Below the pieces are notes generated by a model, which did no database searches, was not told the origin of the DNA, and was given only the letters and a program-made list of their open reading frames with translations. Shown piece by piece: positions 40,467 to 50,834 of a stretch of 64,000 nt of DNA (the first letter of the stretch is position 1; every line of letters starts with the position of its first letter). Location: NCBI GenBank assembly GCA_963715865.1, contig OY970280.1, positions 672,001 through 736,000 of the forward strand, in the 5' to 3' direction. The translations under genes were made by a program, and so were the position numbers. Origin of the DNA: Candidatus Bathyarchaeota archaeon. Lineage in GTDB: Archaea > Thermoproteota > Bathyarchaeia > Bathyarchaeales > Bathycorpusculaceae.

Positions 40467-40713
40467 AATTGGCGTTTGCGGCATCGCTTGCTAGAAATGT
40501 CCTCGGATGCAAAAAGATATGTGCCCTAATGGCAGTGTTGGCTGTGTTGCAAGGAAGAATAAAATGTGTCAAATCTGCAAATGCGCCTTCAGCAGAGGCG
40601 TGAAATTTGAATGCCAAGATTTCCCTTGTGAAACCACTAAGAAAGGATCAATAAGCTATGTTACTGCCAGTTCATTTCAGGCAAATCCTAAACAGAAAAG
40701 CCTTATGCTCTAA
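40467..40713 (+). pseudogene. Decayed Cys-rich DUF3795-like gene
   Basis: IGVCGIAC*KCPRM...C...GC...CQICKCAF...FECQDFPC with an in-frame TAG and a damaged start. Confidence 0.55.
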
Positions 40714-40755
40714 AAGAGTTAGTTTTAAGTTTGCGGTTACAACTCTAGGTTTGGA

Positions 40756-41688
40756 GTGCTTATGGGTTCTCAAGAAGTTTTAATACAAGCAAAGGGTTTA
40801 ACCAAGAAATTCAACGATTTGACAGCGGTAGACCACATAGACTTCGAAGTATACAAAGGCGAATGCGTAGGCTTCTTAGGACCTAACGGTGCAGGCAAAA
40901 CGACCACTGTCCGCATGATGTATTGCTTTCTGCCTCCAACATCAGGCGAATTAACCCTTGCAGGATTAAGCGTCAACAAGCAATGCAGGGAAATAAAAAA
41001 CATAGTTGGCGTAGCTCCGCAAGAGGAAAATTTAGACCCAGACTTCACAGTCACAAAAAACCTCACCGTTTACGCCCGTTACTTCGACATCCCCAAAGAT
41101 GAAGCCTTAAAACGAGCTAATGAACAGTTAAAATTTTTCCAGCTTGAAGAAAAAAGAGAAGTACCCATAGCCGCTTTGTCAACAGGTATGAAGCGGCGGC
41201 TGATTTTTGCTAGGGCACTGCTAAATCAACCGCAAATTCTACTCTTAGATGAGCCTACCACAGGTTTAGACCCTCAAGCACGGCATTTGGCTTGGGATGA
41301 GGTGCGTAATTTAAAGAAGAAGCAGGTTACCATAATTTTAACAACGCACTATATGGATGAAGCCGCTGTCTTATGTGATAGGATACTGATTATTGATAGA
41401 GGAAAAATTATCGAGGAAGGCAAGCCTGCCGAGCTTGTAAGGAAACACATCGGCGAAGAGGTTCTGGAAGTTGATTATGACGAGAAACTTCTGCCGACCC
41501 TGAAAGAGGCTTTTCCTGATGCACGTTTTGAAAGGTTAGGCGACCGCATGCAAATCTTCACAGATAAACCCCATGACGTCTTTGAAGGCTTCCTAAAAGA
41601 ACACTCAATGCAAAACGTGACCATACGTACCGCTAACCTTGAGGATGTTTTCCTTAAACTAACAGGAAGGGGACTTCGAGAAGAATGA
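40756..41688 (+). CDS. ABC exporter ATP-binding subunit (NodI-like)
   Basis: GPNGAGKTT, LSTGMKRR, LLDEPTTGLD. Confidence 0.93.
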   Translation: MLMGSQEVLIQAKGLTKKFNDLTAVDHIDFEVYKGECVGFLGPNGAGKTTTVRMMYCFLPPTSGELTLAGLSVNKQCREIKNIVGVAPQEENLDPDFTVTKNLTVYARYFDIPKDEALKRANEQLKFFQLEEKREVPIAALSTGMKRRLIFARALLNQPQILLLDEPTTGLDPQARHLAWDEVRNLKKKQVTIILTTHYMDEAAVLCDRILIIDRGKIIEEGKPAELVRKHIGEEVLEVDYDEKLLPTLKEAFPDARFERLGDRMQIFTDKPHDVFEGFLKEHSMQNVTIRTANLEDVFLKLTGRGLREE

Positions 41689-42518
41689 CTAGTACTAACA
41701 TTCGCAGGTCTCCAGCACGTTTTTCCATACCGAAATTAACTTACAGAGTTTGGAAGGTTTGGCACCGAAATTTTGACGTGTTCATGAAAACCATAAAAGT
41801 CAATTTTTTACCCTCACTTCTTGAGCCGATTCTGTACTTGTTGGCGTTTGGCTATGGCCTCGGCGGTTTCATTCAAAACATTGGAGGCCAACCCTACATT
41901 AATTTCATTGCACCTGCACTGGTAGCGATTGCAGTTATGAATGGCGCATTTTTTGAGTGCACATTTGGTTCTTTCGTGCGCATGTACTACCAGAAAACCT
42001 TTGACGCCATCGTTGCCACACCTGTAAGCGTTGAAGAAGTCGTTGCAGGAGAACTTCTTTGGGGAGCAACCCGCGCAACGATTAACGCGACCATTGTATT
42101 AATTGTGATTGCGGTTTTCAGGTTAATTACAAGCCCACTGTTTTTGCTTGTTCCATTAATAGCGTTCTTTGGCGGGTTAATGTTTGCCTCTATCGCAATG
42201 TGTTTTACTGCCTTAGCGCCTGATATTGACTTCTTTAATTATCCCTCATTCCTGTTTGTGACGCCGATGCTCTTTTTAAGTGGCACCTTCTTCCCGTTGA
42301 CATCATTGCCATCTACCGCACAAGCAACCGCAATGGCTGTTTTGCCTCTGACCCACATTGTAAACATAATCAGAGGAGTTGTTGCTGGGCATACAGAGGC
42401 AATCCTGGGATTTAACCCTCAAATACTGCTACCCATAAGCATCGCTTGGATAGTGTTAGTGGCCATATTCTTCTTCATAGTCAGCATTAACCTTATGAAA
42501 AAACGGTTAACAGGATAA
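41685..42518 (+). CDS. ABC-2 permease (NodJ-like)
   Basis: Six hydrophobic segments, LLEPILYL, TFDAIVATP, PMLFLSGTFFP. Confidence 0.9.
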   Translation: MTSTNIRRSPARFSIPKLTYRVWKVWHRNFDVFMKTIKVNFLPSLLEPILYLLAFGYGLGGFIQNIGGQPYINFIAPALVAIAVMNGAFFECTFGSFVRMYYQKTFDAIVATPVSVEEVVAGELLWGATRATINATIVLIVIAVFRLITSPLFLLVPLIAFFGGLMFASIAMCFTALAPDIDFFNYPSFLFVTPMLFLSGTFFPLTSLPSTAQATAMAVLPLTHIVNIIRGVVAGHTEAILGFNPQILLPISIAWIVLVAIFFFIVSINLMKKRLTG

Positions 42519-42525
42519 CCTTATG

Positions 42526-43449
42526 CTAAACCGTGATGCCTTTAATTTCGGCAACTATGAGGTAGTAAGCGGCTAACCCTTTCCATGTGCCCCACGACTT
42601 AGCGACTTCCCGCGCCTCAGCACTCTTTATTGGTTTTCCATTGCAATAGTACCTTGAAATCACTCGTCTTATGCCGAAATCGTCAGCTGGCAGGGCATCC
42701 AGTTTCTGCATTCCTCTTAGCATGGTTAACTCAGCGGTCCAAACTCCGATTCCCCTTATTTCATCAAGTTCAACAATGATTTGCTCGGGGATTTTGTTGT
42801 TTTTTAGGTGCTCAAGATCCAACTTTCCTTCCGCTATCAGTTTGGCTGCTTCTCGGATGTACTCGGCTTTCCGCTGGCTTAACCCGCAGTTGCGTATTTC
42901 TTCAATGCTTGCACATGCCATGCTTTGAGGCGTTGGATATGCATAGTAGGAGTCGCCGTTTAAGGTGAGAGTTTCACCGAATTTCTTCGCCAACTTTACC
43001 TCTACGATTTGCGCTACTTTGATGGAAATTTGCTGTTCAACAATAGAATCAACCAAGGCTTCGAAAACTGTCGGGGTAGTTGGGTTTTTTAATCCATACA
43101 ACTGCTTGGTTATTTGTTGCATTGTTCGGTCCTTTTTTATGTCTTCATAGAAGGATTGCAAGTCGAAGTCTAAGTTGAAAATGAATTTGACTGCTTCTTC
43201 CGCTTCTCGCTTATCTTGTAATATTATGGGATTGTTTGATTTTAATTCAACGTTTATTTTGGGTTGTTCAACGGTTCCTGTAGAGGTTAATCTGATTAGG
43301 ACTAGTTTGCCGTTAACTTTAAGAACTTGGCTGAATTGACCGTTTGCATAGCTTCGAATTTGTTTATCGCCATTTGCGAATATTTGAGCGGTTAAATCAA
43401 AATTGAAAGGCGCCAATGCTTGGATTGTAAAGGTTTCAGTGAAAGTCAT
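42526..43449 (-). CDS. alkA: HhH-GPD DNA-3-methyladenine glycosylase
   Basis: FEALVDSIVEQQIS, GLSQRKAEYI, IRGIGVWTA, LPADDFGIRR. Confidence 0.92.
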   Translation of the reverse strand: MTFTETFTIQALAPFNFDLTAQIFANGDKQIRSYANGQFSQVLKVNGKLVLIRLTSTGTVEQPKINVELKSNNPIILQDKREAEEAVKFIFNLDFDLQSFYEDIKKDRTMQQITKQLYGLKNPTTPTVFEALVDSIVEQQISIKVAQIVEVKLAKKFGETLTLNGDSYYAYPTPQSMACASIEEIRNCGLSQRKAEYIREAAKLIAEGKLDLEHLKNNKIPEQIIVELDEIRGIGVWTAELTMLRGMQKLDALPADDFGIRRVISRYYCNGKPIKSAEAREVAKSWGTWKGLAAYYLIVAEIKGITV

Positions 43450-43550
43450 CTGGTTTCATCCTTGAAGCGTTGTCTTAACTGCTGCTTGAGGGATATTAAA
43501 GATTTTTAACCTGAAAGTTGTATTATAAGCAAACAAAAGGAAGGTTAATT

Positions 43551-44225
43551 ATGCGTCTAGTAGTGCGAATAGGCGGCTCCGTTGTAGCATCACCAGTTAA
43601 TACTGAATTAATGAGCAAATACGCTGACCTATTAAAAACGGTAAAATCTCAAGGCCATGAGGTTGCGGTAGTGCTTGGCGGTGGAGCTTTGGCACGAGAA
43701 TTCATTGGAATTGCTCGTAATTTGGGGTTGGATATGCAGGCGCAGGATGAGGTTGCGATTTCTGTTTCGCGCTTGTTTGCTCAGCTTTTCCTCAAAAAGC
43801 TTGGAAACGCAGGTTGTAGTAAAGTGGCGTTAACACTTGATGACGCAGCCGAATGTTTACGTGAAGGGAAGATTGTTGTGATGGGCGGTTTGAAGCCTGG
43901 AATCACCACTGACGCGGTTGCAGCGTTGGTTGCTGAACGGGTCAATGCTGATTTACTGGTTAAAGGCACGGATCAGGATGGCGTTTATGATAAAGATCCG
44001 AGGAAGCATGCGGATGCGGTCAAGCTTGATCGTTTGTCCTTTGATGATTTGCCAAAGATTTTCGAAGAGAGCGTACACAAAGCCGGGATGCATCAAATTA
44101 TTGATCCTGAAGCCGTTAAGGTTCTGAAGCGCCGACGCTTGAAGTTGATTGTTGTTAATGGTTTTAAGCCTGAGAACATTTTGGCTGCGGTTAATGGTGA
44201 GAATGTTGGAACGGTAATTAGTTAA
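43551..44225 (+). CDS. pyrH: UMP kinase
   Basis: IGGSV, VLGGG, MGGLKPGITTDAVA, GVYDKDP. Confidence 0.95.
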   Translation: MRLVVRIGGSVVASPVNTELMSKYADLLKTVKSQGHEVAVVLGGGALAREFIGIARNLGLDMQAQDEVAISVSRLFAQLFLKKLGNAGCSKVALTLDDAAECLREGKIVVMGGLKPGITTDAVAALVAERVNADLLVKGTDQDGVYDKDPRKHADAVKLDRLSFDDLPKIFEESVHKAGMHQIIDPEAVKVLKRRRLKLIVVNGFKPENILAAVNGENVGTVIS

Positions 44226-44289
44226 TTTTTCTTCCATCCCTCATGTATTTCTAACTTTTAATTTTGCAACAAGTTTAAATATCACTTGT

Positions 44290-44341
44290 GATATCGCATG
44301 TGATATCAATACGATATCGATATCGATATCGAGGTGATATT
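44290..44341. promoter_or_regulatory. GATATC palindrome array, candidate PadR operator
   Basis: Five perfect GATATC (44290, 44302, 44313, 44319, 44325) plus GATATT, directly before the PadR ATG. Confidence 0.65.
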
Positions 44342-44343
44342 GA

Positions 44344-44945
44344 ATGGATAAAGAAGAAAGAGAAGAAAAAAAGCAAATAAAACATGAAATGCGCGAAGAA
44401 AAACACATGATGTTCCACAGGCGAAACTGGCTACGACACAACGCCATGGTTCCAAAAGGATTCCTACGCTACCACGTACTTGAAGCACTCAACGAAAAAC
44501 CAATGTCAGGCTCAGAACTAATGGATGAAATCCAAAAACACACAGGCGGAACATGGAAACCCAGCCCAGGCTCAATCTACCCGCTGCTCGCTTGGCTCCA
44601 AGACAACGCCTACATAAAAGAACTGCCGACCGAAAACGGGTTCAAACGCTACGAACTAACACAAAGCGGCAAAGACTTGCTTGAAGAACAGACAAAAATC
44701 AGAGAAAAATTTAGCGCAAGACTCAGGTTTTATGGCAAGTCCCTTCTTTGACAGATTCTTCGGCAACATACCTGAGGAAAAAACAAACCAAATTCGCGCC
44801 TCAATGAAACGGCTATTCGTTTCATCGATAAAACTGGCTAAAGCTTTGAGAGAAAACTATTCTGAAAAAGAATTAGATGAAGCATTAAAAGTGCTTGATG
44901 AAGCTTCAACAGAAACTTGAAGAAATAAGAAACAAAATAAAAGGT
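44344..44945 (+). CDS. PadR family regulator (frameshifted C-terminus)
   Basis: GFLRYHVLEAL...SGSELM...WKPSPGSIYPLL; continuation in another frame from about 44715. Confidence 0.8.
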
Positions 44946-44954
44946 GAAACAAAA

Positions 44955-45965
44955 ATGAGTGAAAACGAAGAAGTCATAAAAGTTGAAGGATTAACCAAAG
45001 TTTACAACCACAGCCTAACCGCCGTGGACCACATAAACTTCAGCGTTAAACACGGAGAAATCTTCGGTTTTCTAGGACCAAACGGCGCAGGAAAAACCAC
45101 AACCATCAGCATGCTAATAACAGTTATGAAACCAACCGAAGGAAAAGCCACCATTCTAGGCGGCGACATCGCAAAGCAAAGCATGGACGTACGAGGCTGC
45201 AATCGGCGTTGTTCCGCAAGAGTACACTGCAGACGAAGACTTAACAGGCTATGAAAACATTCTCTTATGCGCAGACCTCTACGGTATTCCACGTTCAGTT
45301 TCAAAAAAACGAGCGCATGGAACTACTGCAACTTAGTTGAGTTAACCAGCATTCAAAGATAAACGAGTTCAAACTTATTCAGGCGGCATGCGACGAAGAC
45401 TAGAGTTGGCATGCGGCTTAATTAACCGTCCAAAAGTGCTCTTCTTAGACGAACCCACATTGGGCTTAGATGTGCAAACACGGGCGGCAACATGGAACTA
45501 CGTTAAGATGCTCAAAAAAGAATTCGGCATGACCCTTTTCTTAACAACACACTACTTAGAAGAAGCAGATGCACTGTGCGACCGCATAGCAATAATTGAC
45601 CATGGAAAAATCGTTGTAATAGGCAGCCCAACTGAACTTAAAGACAGTTTAGGCGGAGACATCATAACCTTAGCATCCAAAAAGACGAAGACATCACAGA
45701 ATTAATCAGCAAAATTGAACATGTCAAAGAAGTCAAAAAAGAAAACGGCTCCTACATGATAAAATCTTCAAACGGAGAATTAACCGCACCCTTAATCATT
45801 GAAGCACTAAGAAAGAACGGTCATGTTGTAACAAAGCTTTCACTGACAAAACCAACCTTAAACGAGGTTTACCTGCAGTACACTGGAAAATCCATGCGTG
45901 ACGCAGAAGAATCACGGGAAGCAGTAATGCAGCAAAGAATGGCTATGAGGAGGGCAAGACAATGA
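44955..45965 (+). pseudogene. DrrA-like ABC ATPase interrupted by several frameshifts
   Basis: GPNGAGKTT, YSGGMRRRLELA and LFLDEPT spread across different frames. Confidence 0.8.
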
Positions 45966-46862
45966 GCGAACGAAGAAACAAAGTTTCAAAAAACAGATTC
46001 CACGGTCTATGGGCTTTAACTAACCGAGAACTCAAGAAATGGTATCAGCAACCCGTTCGTTTTCGTAATCGGCATAATTCAGCCGATTCTTTGGCTAGCG
46101 TTACTTGGAAAAGCAATGAACATAGCGCAATGTTTTCCAGCACATCATTCCACCTTGCCCAGCATGCAACCTTAGTCACACAGCTTCAAGGGTTAGGCCT
46201 ACTTTGCTAGTCTGCAGAGCAAAATCATGATCTCTACTTTCAACACGGGAGATTACTTCTCTTTCATGGCTATGGGCATGGTCGCGTTCGTTACAGTCTT
46301 TACCACAGCTTTCGTCGGCATGTCAGTAGTTTGGGACAGACGCTTAGGCTTCATGAACAAAGTACTCAGCACACCAGTCTCGCGCTCAGTCATAATAACT
46401 TCAAAAGTGATCTCCGCAAGCATTCGGTCAGTATTCCAAGCAGCCATCGTGACAGTCATTGCTTACTTGCTCGGTCTCAAATTAGGCGCAAATTTCAGCG
46501 TCTTCAGCATATTCGGAGTCTTCGCAATAGTGTTCCTCATAGGCTTTGGCTTATCGTCGCTCTTTACGGCTATTACTTTAAGGACAACTAGAATGGAAAC
46601 GCCACAAGCAATCTTCAACCTGGTAACCTTGCCTTTAATGTTCGCTAGCAGCGCTTACTTCCCGATTAATTTGATGCCTGATTGGCTGAAACCAGTAGCA
46701 TACGCTAATCCAATATCGTACACAATTGATGCGGTTAGAAGACTGATGGTATTCAGCGATGGATTTGGGCCCCTGCCGCTTGACTTTGCATACGTTGGCG
46801 TCTTTGCAGTCGTTGTAACTGTCATATGTGTCGTTCTCTCCTGGAGATACCTAAACAAATAA
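45962..46862 (+). pseudogene. DrrB-like ABC-2 permease with frameshifted 5' part
   Basis: WALTNRELKKW in one frame; VVWDRRLGFM and PLMFASSAYFP in 46227-46862. Confidence 0.8.
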
Positions 46863-46904
46863 ATCGCACGACCAAATCAACAAGACCGATGTCGAGGAAT
46901 CTGC

Positions 46905-47594
46905 ATGGTACTCATCGTTGAAGCCGTAAACGTCAAAAAAACATACATGCTAGGAAAAGTCCCGGTAGAAGCACTCCGAGGAGTAAACCTCAAAGTTGAA
47001 ACGGGAGACTTCGTTTCCATACTGGGGCCATCCGGAAGCGGCAAATCAACGATGCTAAACCTAATCGGCGCATTAGACAAGCCTACTGCAGGTACACTGC
47101 TAATTGACGGCGTCGACATCTCCAAACTCAACGACAACCAACTAGCCGATTTGCGAAGGCGAATCGGTTTTGTTTTCCAATTTTTTAATTTAATACCAAG
47201 ATTAACCGCAAGAGACAACGTTGAATTATCAATGTCAATATCTGATATGGGAAGAGCGCAAAGAAGAAAACGCGCAGAAGAGCTTCTTGAAACCGTAGGC
47301 TTGAAAGACCGAATAAACCATAAGCCAGCTGAATTGAGCGGTGGACAGCAGCAACGCGTCGCAATTGCGCGTGCTCTCGCAAATAACCCCAAATTTCTCT
47401 TACTTGACGAGCCTACTGGAAATATTGATTCCAAAACGGCGAGCGAAGTTTTAGGATTAATCAAGAAGTTGAATGTTGAAAATAACGTTAGCATAATCAT
47501 GGTTACTCATGACCAGCATTTGGCTAGAGAAGCAAAAAGAACTGCGCAAATGTTTGATGGTCAAATTATTTCAGAAGTGGTGAATCAGGAATGA
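46905..47594 (+). CDS. MacB/LolD-type ABC ATPase
   Basis: GPSGSGKST, LSGGQQQR, LLDEPTGNID. Confidence 0.93.
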   Translation: MVLIVEAVNVKKTYMLGKVPVEALRGVNLKVETGDFVSILGPSGSGKSTMLNLIGALDKPTAGTLLIDGVDISKLNDNQLADLRRRIGFVFQFFNLIPRLTARDNVELSMSISDMGRAQRRKRAEELLETVGLKDRINHKPAELSGGQQQRVAIARALANNPKFLLLDEPTGNIDSKTASEVLGLIKKLNVENNVSIIMVTHDQHLAREAKRTAQMFDGQIISEVVNQE

Positions 47595-48916
47595 AAGCAA
47601 TAGATATTTTTGGTTACTCTTTCAGCGCAATTAAACTTCGCAAGCTTAGAGCAGCATTAACCACCTTAGGAGTGATAATAGGCATCGCTGCCATAGTGGC
47701 GCTACTTTCGATTACGCAGGGCTTGCAGGCAACCATAACTAATTCGCTTCAACAAGGATTATCAACCAACACGTTAATTGTTACACCAGGCAGTAGCGCT
47801 TTAGGAGCAGCCACTAGCGGAGGTGGCGTGGGAGCACGTGGCGGTGGTGGCGGAGGAGGCTTGGGTTTAGGCGGTTCCAGCTCAAGTGGTTCTGGGTTCA
47901 ATTTATATGTCAATTATACTGATCAAATTGACGCGCTGTCACCAGATATAGTATCCTCGTTTGCTGTGATACAAAGGACAGGTTACGTTGAGACCAGTAG
48001 TGTTAACCGTTCAGTTAGCATTTATGGTGTTGATTTTAACCAGTACGCTCAGCAGTACAGCAAAACTTTCATAGTAGCAACTGGAACCATACCGTTGAGC
48101 CCCACTGACAATGAAATAGTTGTTGGAACACGAGTAAATGATCCTGGACAAAACGGAACATTACTCTTCCATGCAGGCGACAACGTCGGCGTCATATGGA
48201 CCAATGCCACAACACTTCCAGTAGTAAACGAAACTTACACAGCCCAAGTTTCAGGCGTACTTCAAAAAATCGGAGGCTTCGGCATTGGTGGACCTTCAGA
48301 TGACGGCGTTTATATCCCAATAACTAAAGCAGAGAGCTTTTTTGGAACAGACCAATGTGACATGATAATCGTTCAACTGAAAAGCAGTGATAACGCTACG
48401 ATCACCAATGTTTCTAAGGCTATTACTGATCATTTTGGCGGTCAAGTTTCCGTCATATCTTCGACGGCGGTTCTAAGTTTGCTTTCAACAGTTTTTAGCA
48501 CAATACAGTTGTTCCTCGGCGGCATCGCAGCTATTTCGCTGTTAGTCGCAGGCATTGGAATAATGAACATAATGATAGTCTCGTTGATTGAACGCACACG
48601 TGAAATCGGCATACTTAAAGCGTTAGGCATGAAAAGCCGAACCGTGCTGACCATTTTCCTTGGCGAATCAGTCATAATCGGCTTAATCGGCGCCGTTGTC
48701 GGCATAGTTCTGGGCTGGATCTTAGCAAGCGTCACCGCGAGAGTTTTAGCTTCAGGAGCGTTCGGCGGAGGCGGATTCAGAATAACACCACTGTTAACTC
48801 CAGAGGTATTGTTGGGCGCTTTAGCTTTCGGTGTGGGAGTCAGCGTGATCTTCGCGTTGTATCCAGCGTGGCGCGCGTCTAAGCTTAAGCCCGTCGAAGC
48901 TTTAAGATACGAGTAA
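47591..48916 (+). CDS. FtsX/MacB-type ABC permease
   Basis: RAALTTLGVIIG, GIGIMNIM, ERTREIGILKALG, YPAWRAS. Confidence 0.93.
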   Translation: MKAIDIFGYSFSAIKLRKLRAALTTLGVIIGIAAIVALLSITQGLQATITNSLQQGLSTNTLIVTPGSSALGAATSGGGVGARGGGGGGGLGLGGSSSSGSGFNLYVNYTDQIDALSPDIVSSFAVIQRTGYVETSSVNRSVSIYGVDFNQYAQQYSKTFIVATGTIPLSPTDNEIVVGTRVNDPGQNGTLLFHAGDNVGVIWTNATTLPVVNETYTAQVSGVLQKIGGFGIGGPSDDGVYIPITKAESFFGTDQCDMIIVQLKSSDNATITNVSKAITDHFGGQVSVISSTAVLSLLSTVFSTIQLFLGGIAAISLLVAGIGIMNIMIVSLIERTREIGILKALGMKSRTVLTIFLGESVIIGLIGAVVGIVLGWILASVTARVLASGAFGGGGFRITPLLTPEVLLGALAFGVGVSVIFALYPAWRASKLKPVEALRYE

Positions 48917-48943
48917 CATAGAACCAATAGAGGCGTTCCCCGC

Positions 48944-49390
48944 GTGAAACGGTTGTACCCTGACCAGCCAATCGTAGGCATCGGCGCAGTAATAGTCAGC
49001 CAAGGCAAGATAGCGCTTATAAAACGCGGAAATGAGCCAAGCAAGGGAAAATGGAGTATTCCAGGCGGATTGGTTGAGCTTGGCGAAAGCCTTGAGCATG
49101 CAGTCATCCGTGAAGTTAAAGAGGAAACTTGTCTTGACGTTGAGAATCCAAGCCTAATTGATGTAGTGGGCAACGTTGACTTAGACGAGAAAGGCAAAGT
49201 AAAATACCATTACGTAATAATTGATTACTTAGTGCATGTGAAAAACGGTACAGTTCAAGCTGCAAGCGACGCTGCAGAACTACGTTGGGTTCCATTTGAT
49301 GAAGTGGAAAAGTATGATTTGACAACGTCGTTTCGGATTTTCTTTAGGCATAACAGGGAAGGATTGGAAAAAGCTAATTCATATCTTTAA
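48944..49390 (+). CDS. NUDIX hydrolase
   Basis: Nudix box GGLVELGESLEHAVIREVKEET. Confidence 0.93.
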   Translation: MKRLYPDQPIVGIGAVIVSQGKIALIKRGNEPSKGKWSIPGGLVELGESLEHAVIREVKEETCLDVENPSLIDVVGNVDLDEKGKVKYHYVIIDYLVHVKNGTVQAASDAAELRWVPFDEVEKYDLTTSFRIFFRHNREGLEKANSYL

Positions 49391-50834
49391 AGAATAGTCG
49401 TGTTTCTCCCAGTGTTTTGATGTCTAAGGCTCGGATTCTGGCAACTATGGGGAAGTCGCCTACGACTTTGCCTAAAGTGAGGCAGTGGTGGGGTGGCAAG
49501 TCTCGGGCGATTGACCGCACTGTTTCTGCGTCCACGCGGGCGGCTCGGCTGACAACGTCTAGGTCATGTTCGTTGGTGAAGTTGAAGAGGAAAATGTTGT
49601 CGGCTTGGCGGTAAATGTTTTCCTGTATGGTGTCAGGCTGGTTGGTTATGAACGTTGTGAATATGCCGAAGTGGCGCATGCGGGTTACGATGTCGTCCCA
49701 GTAAGTTTCTCTCAAATAAAGGTGGGCTTCTTCTGCGAAGAGAAAGACTGCTTTCAGTTTCCAGCTTGAGAGGGAATCAACCAGTTTTCCAAGAACGTAT
49801 TCGACCACTATTTGCCGGTCGATGTTTGAGGTGTTGCGTAGGTTTATGACGATGGCGCCGCCCTGTTCCTTAGCCTTCAGAAGGCTCTCATCTAAAAGCG
49901 TTGCTTCACCCAAGCAATCAGTGAAGAAACCAGAATTAACGAAAGAGTGGAAGCGTGAAGCTAACGCGTCGCGCACATGCTGGTTGCAGTTTAAATCGCG
50001 TATTGCTTCGCCGAGTTCATGCATGTTTAGTTTGCCTTTTTCCTTGAGCATTTTCCATAATTGCCTGAACTCGCGGGCTGATGTTCCTGGCAGGTGCAGT
50101 GCATGTACTAGTATGCCCATCACGGTGTTTAGGTGGAGTTGTTCTAGGGCTACTTTGAAGTTCTGCGATGGCGTTAAGGTGTGGATTTTGTCGTAGTACA
50201 TGTTTCTTTTGCCGTCGTTTGTCATGCCTAGGCTGGAGTATTCGCCGTTTAAGTCGAAGATGACGACGGTTGCTTTGTACCCGATGAGGTTTACCATCAA
50301 GAGCTTGGATAAGTGGGATTTGCCGCATCCTTTCTTGCCTGTTATAATGTTTAATGTTCCATCTATTGATGAAGCATCAATAGTTAAGAGCGAGGAGTCC
50401 TTGGTGCCGCCCAAGATTATGGGGAGTTTACCCTCGACTTTTGCCATTTTCATAAGCATTGGTATGGATAATTTCTTGATGGTTGATTGTGAACGGCTGG
50501 GAAGCCAGCTGCTGCTTGGGCTTAACATTTCGTTTTCCAAGGTTGCCCTTATCTTGCAGATCAGCAAGCTGGCGTCTTGAATATAAGTGATGTGTGGGGC
50601 GATTTCCATGGGGTCGATGTCTTCGCCTTGGAGTGGTTCGCCTCCGTCTGGAAGCGTTCTCAAAAGCTCCTCAAGTACTCCAGGGACAGCCGCGAATTGT
50701 ACGTCGATGACTTGGGCGATTAAGGCTTTTCCTGCGTCTTGGTCTTCGACGAGCAGATAGTCGCCTTTTTCAGCGCTTTCAGTTGGGAAACTGATGATTT
50801 GGAGGATGTTGCCTTCTTTTTTGTAGAGTTTCAT
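49374..50834 (-). CDS. herA: HerA/FtsK-like ATPase (DUF87)
   Basis: GKKGCGKS, VIFDLNGEY, FAEEAH, RMRHFG, TNQP; N-terminal beta-rich domain. Confidence 0.85.
   Translation of the reverse strand: MKLYKKEGNILQIISFPTESAEKGDYLLVEDQDAGKALIAQVIDVQFAAVPGVLEELLRTLPDGGEPLQGEDIDPMEIAPHITYIQDASLLICKIRATLENEMLSPSSSWLPSRSQSTIKKLSIPMLMKMAKVEGKLPIILGGTKDSSLLTIDASSIDGTLNIITGKKGCGKSHLSKLLMVNLIGYKATVVIFDLNGEYSSLGMTNDGKRNMYYDKIHTLTPSQNFKVALEQLHLNTVMGILVHALHLPGTSAREFRQLWKMLKEKGKLNMHELGEAIRDLNCNQHVRDALASRFHSFVNSGFFTDCLGEATLLDESLLKAKEQGGAIVINLRNTSNIDRQIVVEYVLGKLVDSLSSWKLKAVFLFAEEAHLYLRETYWDDIVTRMRHFGIFTTFITNQPDTIQENIYRQADNIFLFNFTNEHDLDVVSRAARVDAETVRSIARDLPPHHCLTLGKVVGDFPIVARIRALDIKTLGETRLFFKDMN

Noticed and set aside
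40488-40496. In-frame TAG as possible pyrrolysine readthrough
   Set aside because: The gene also has a damaged start, it is not a methyltransferase, and no pyl genes are present
47800-47895. G-rich repetitive DNA
   Set aside because: It simply encodes the Gly/Ser linker of the permease
48442-49197. 251-aa minus-strand ORF and many similar antisense ORFs
   Set aside because: Shadow frames of well-supported genes with no motifs of their own
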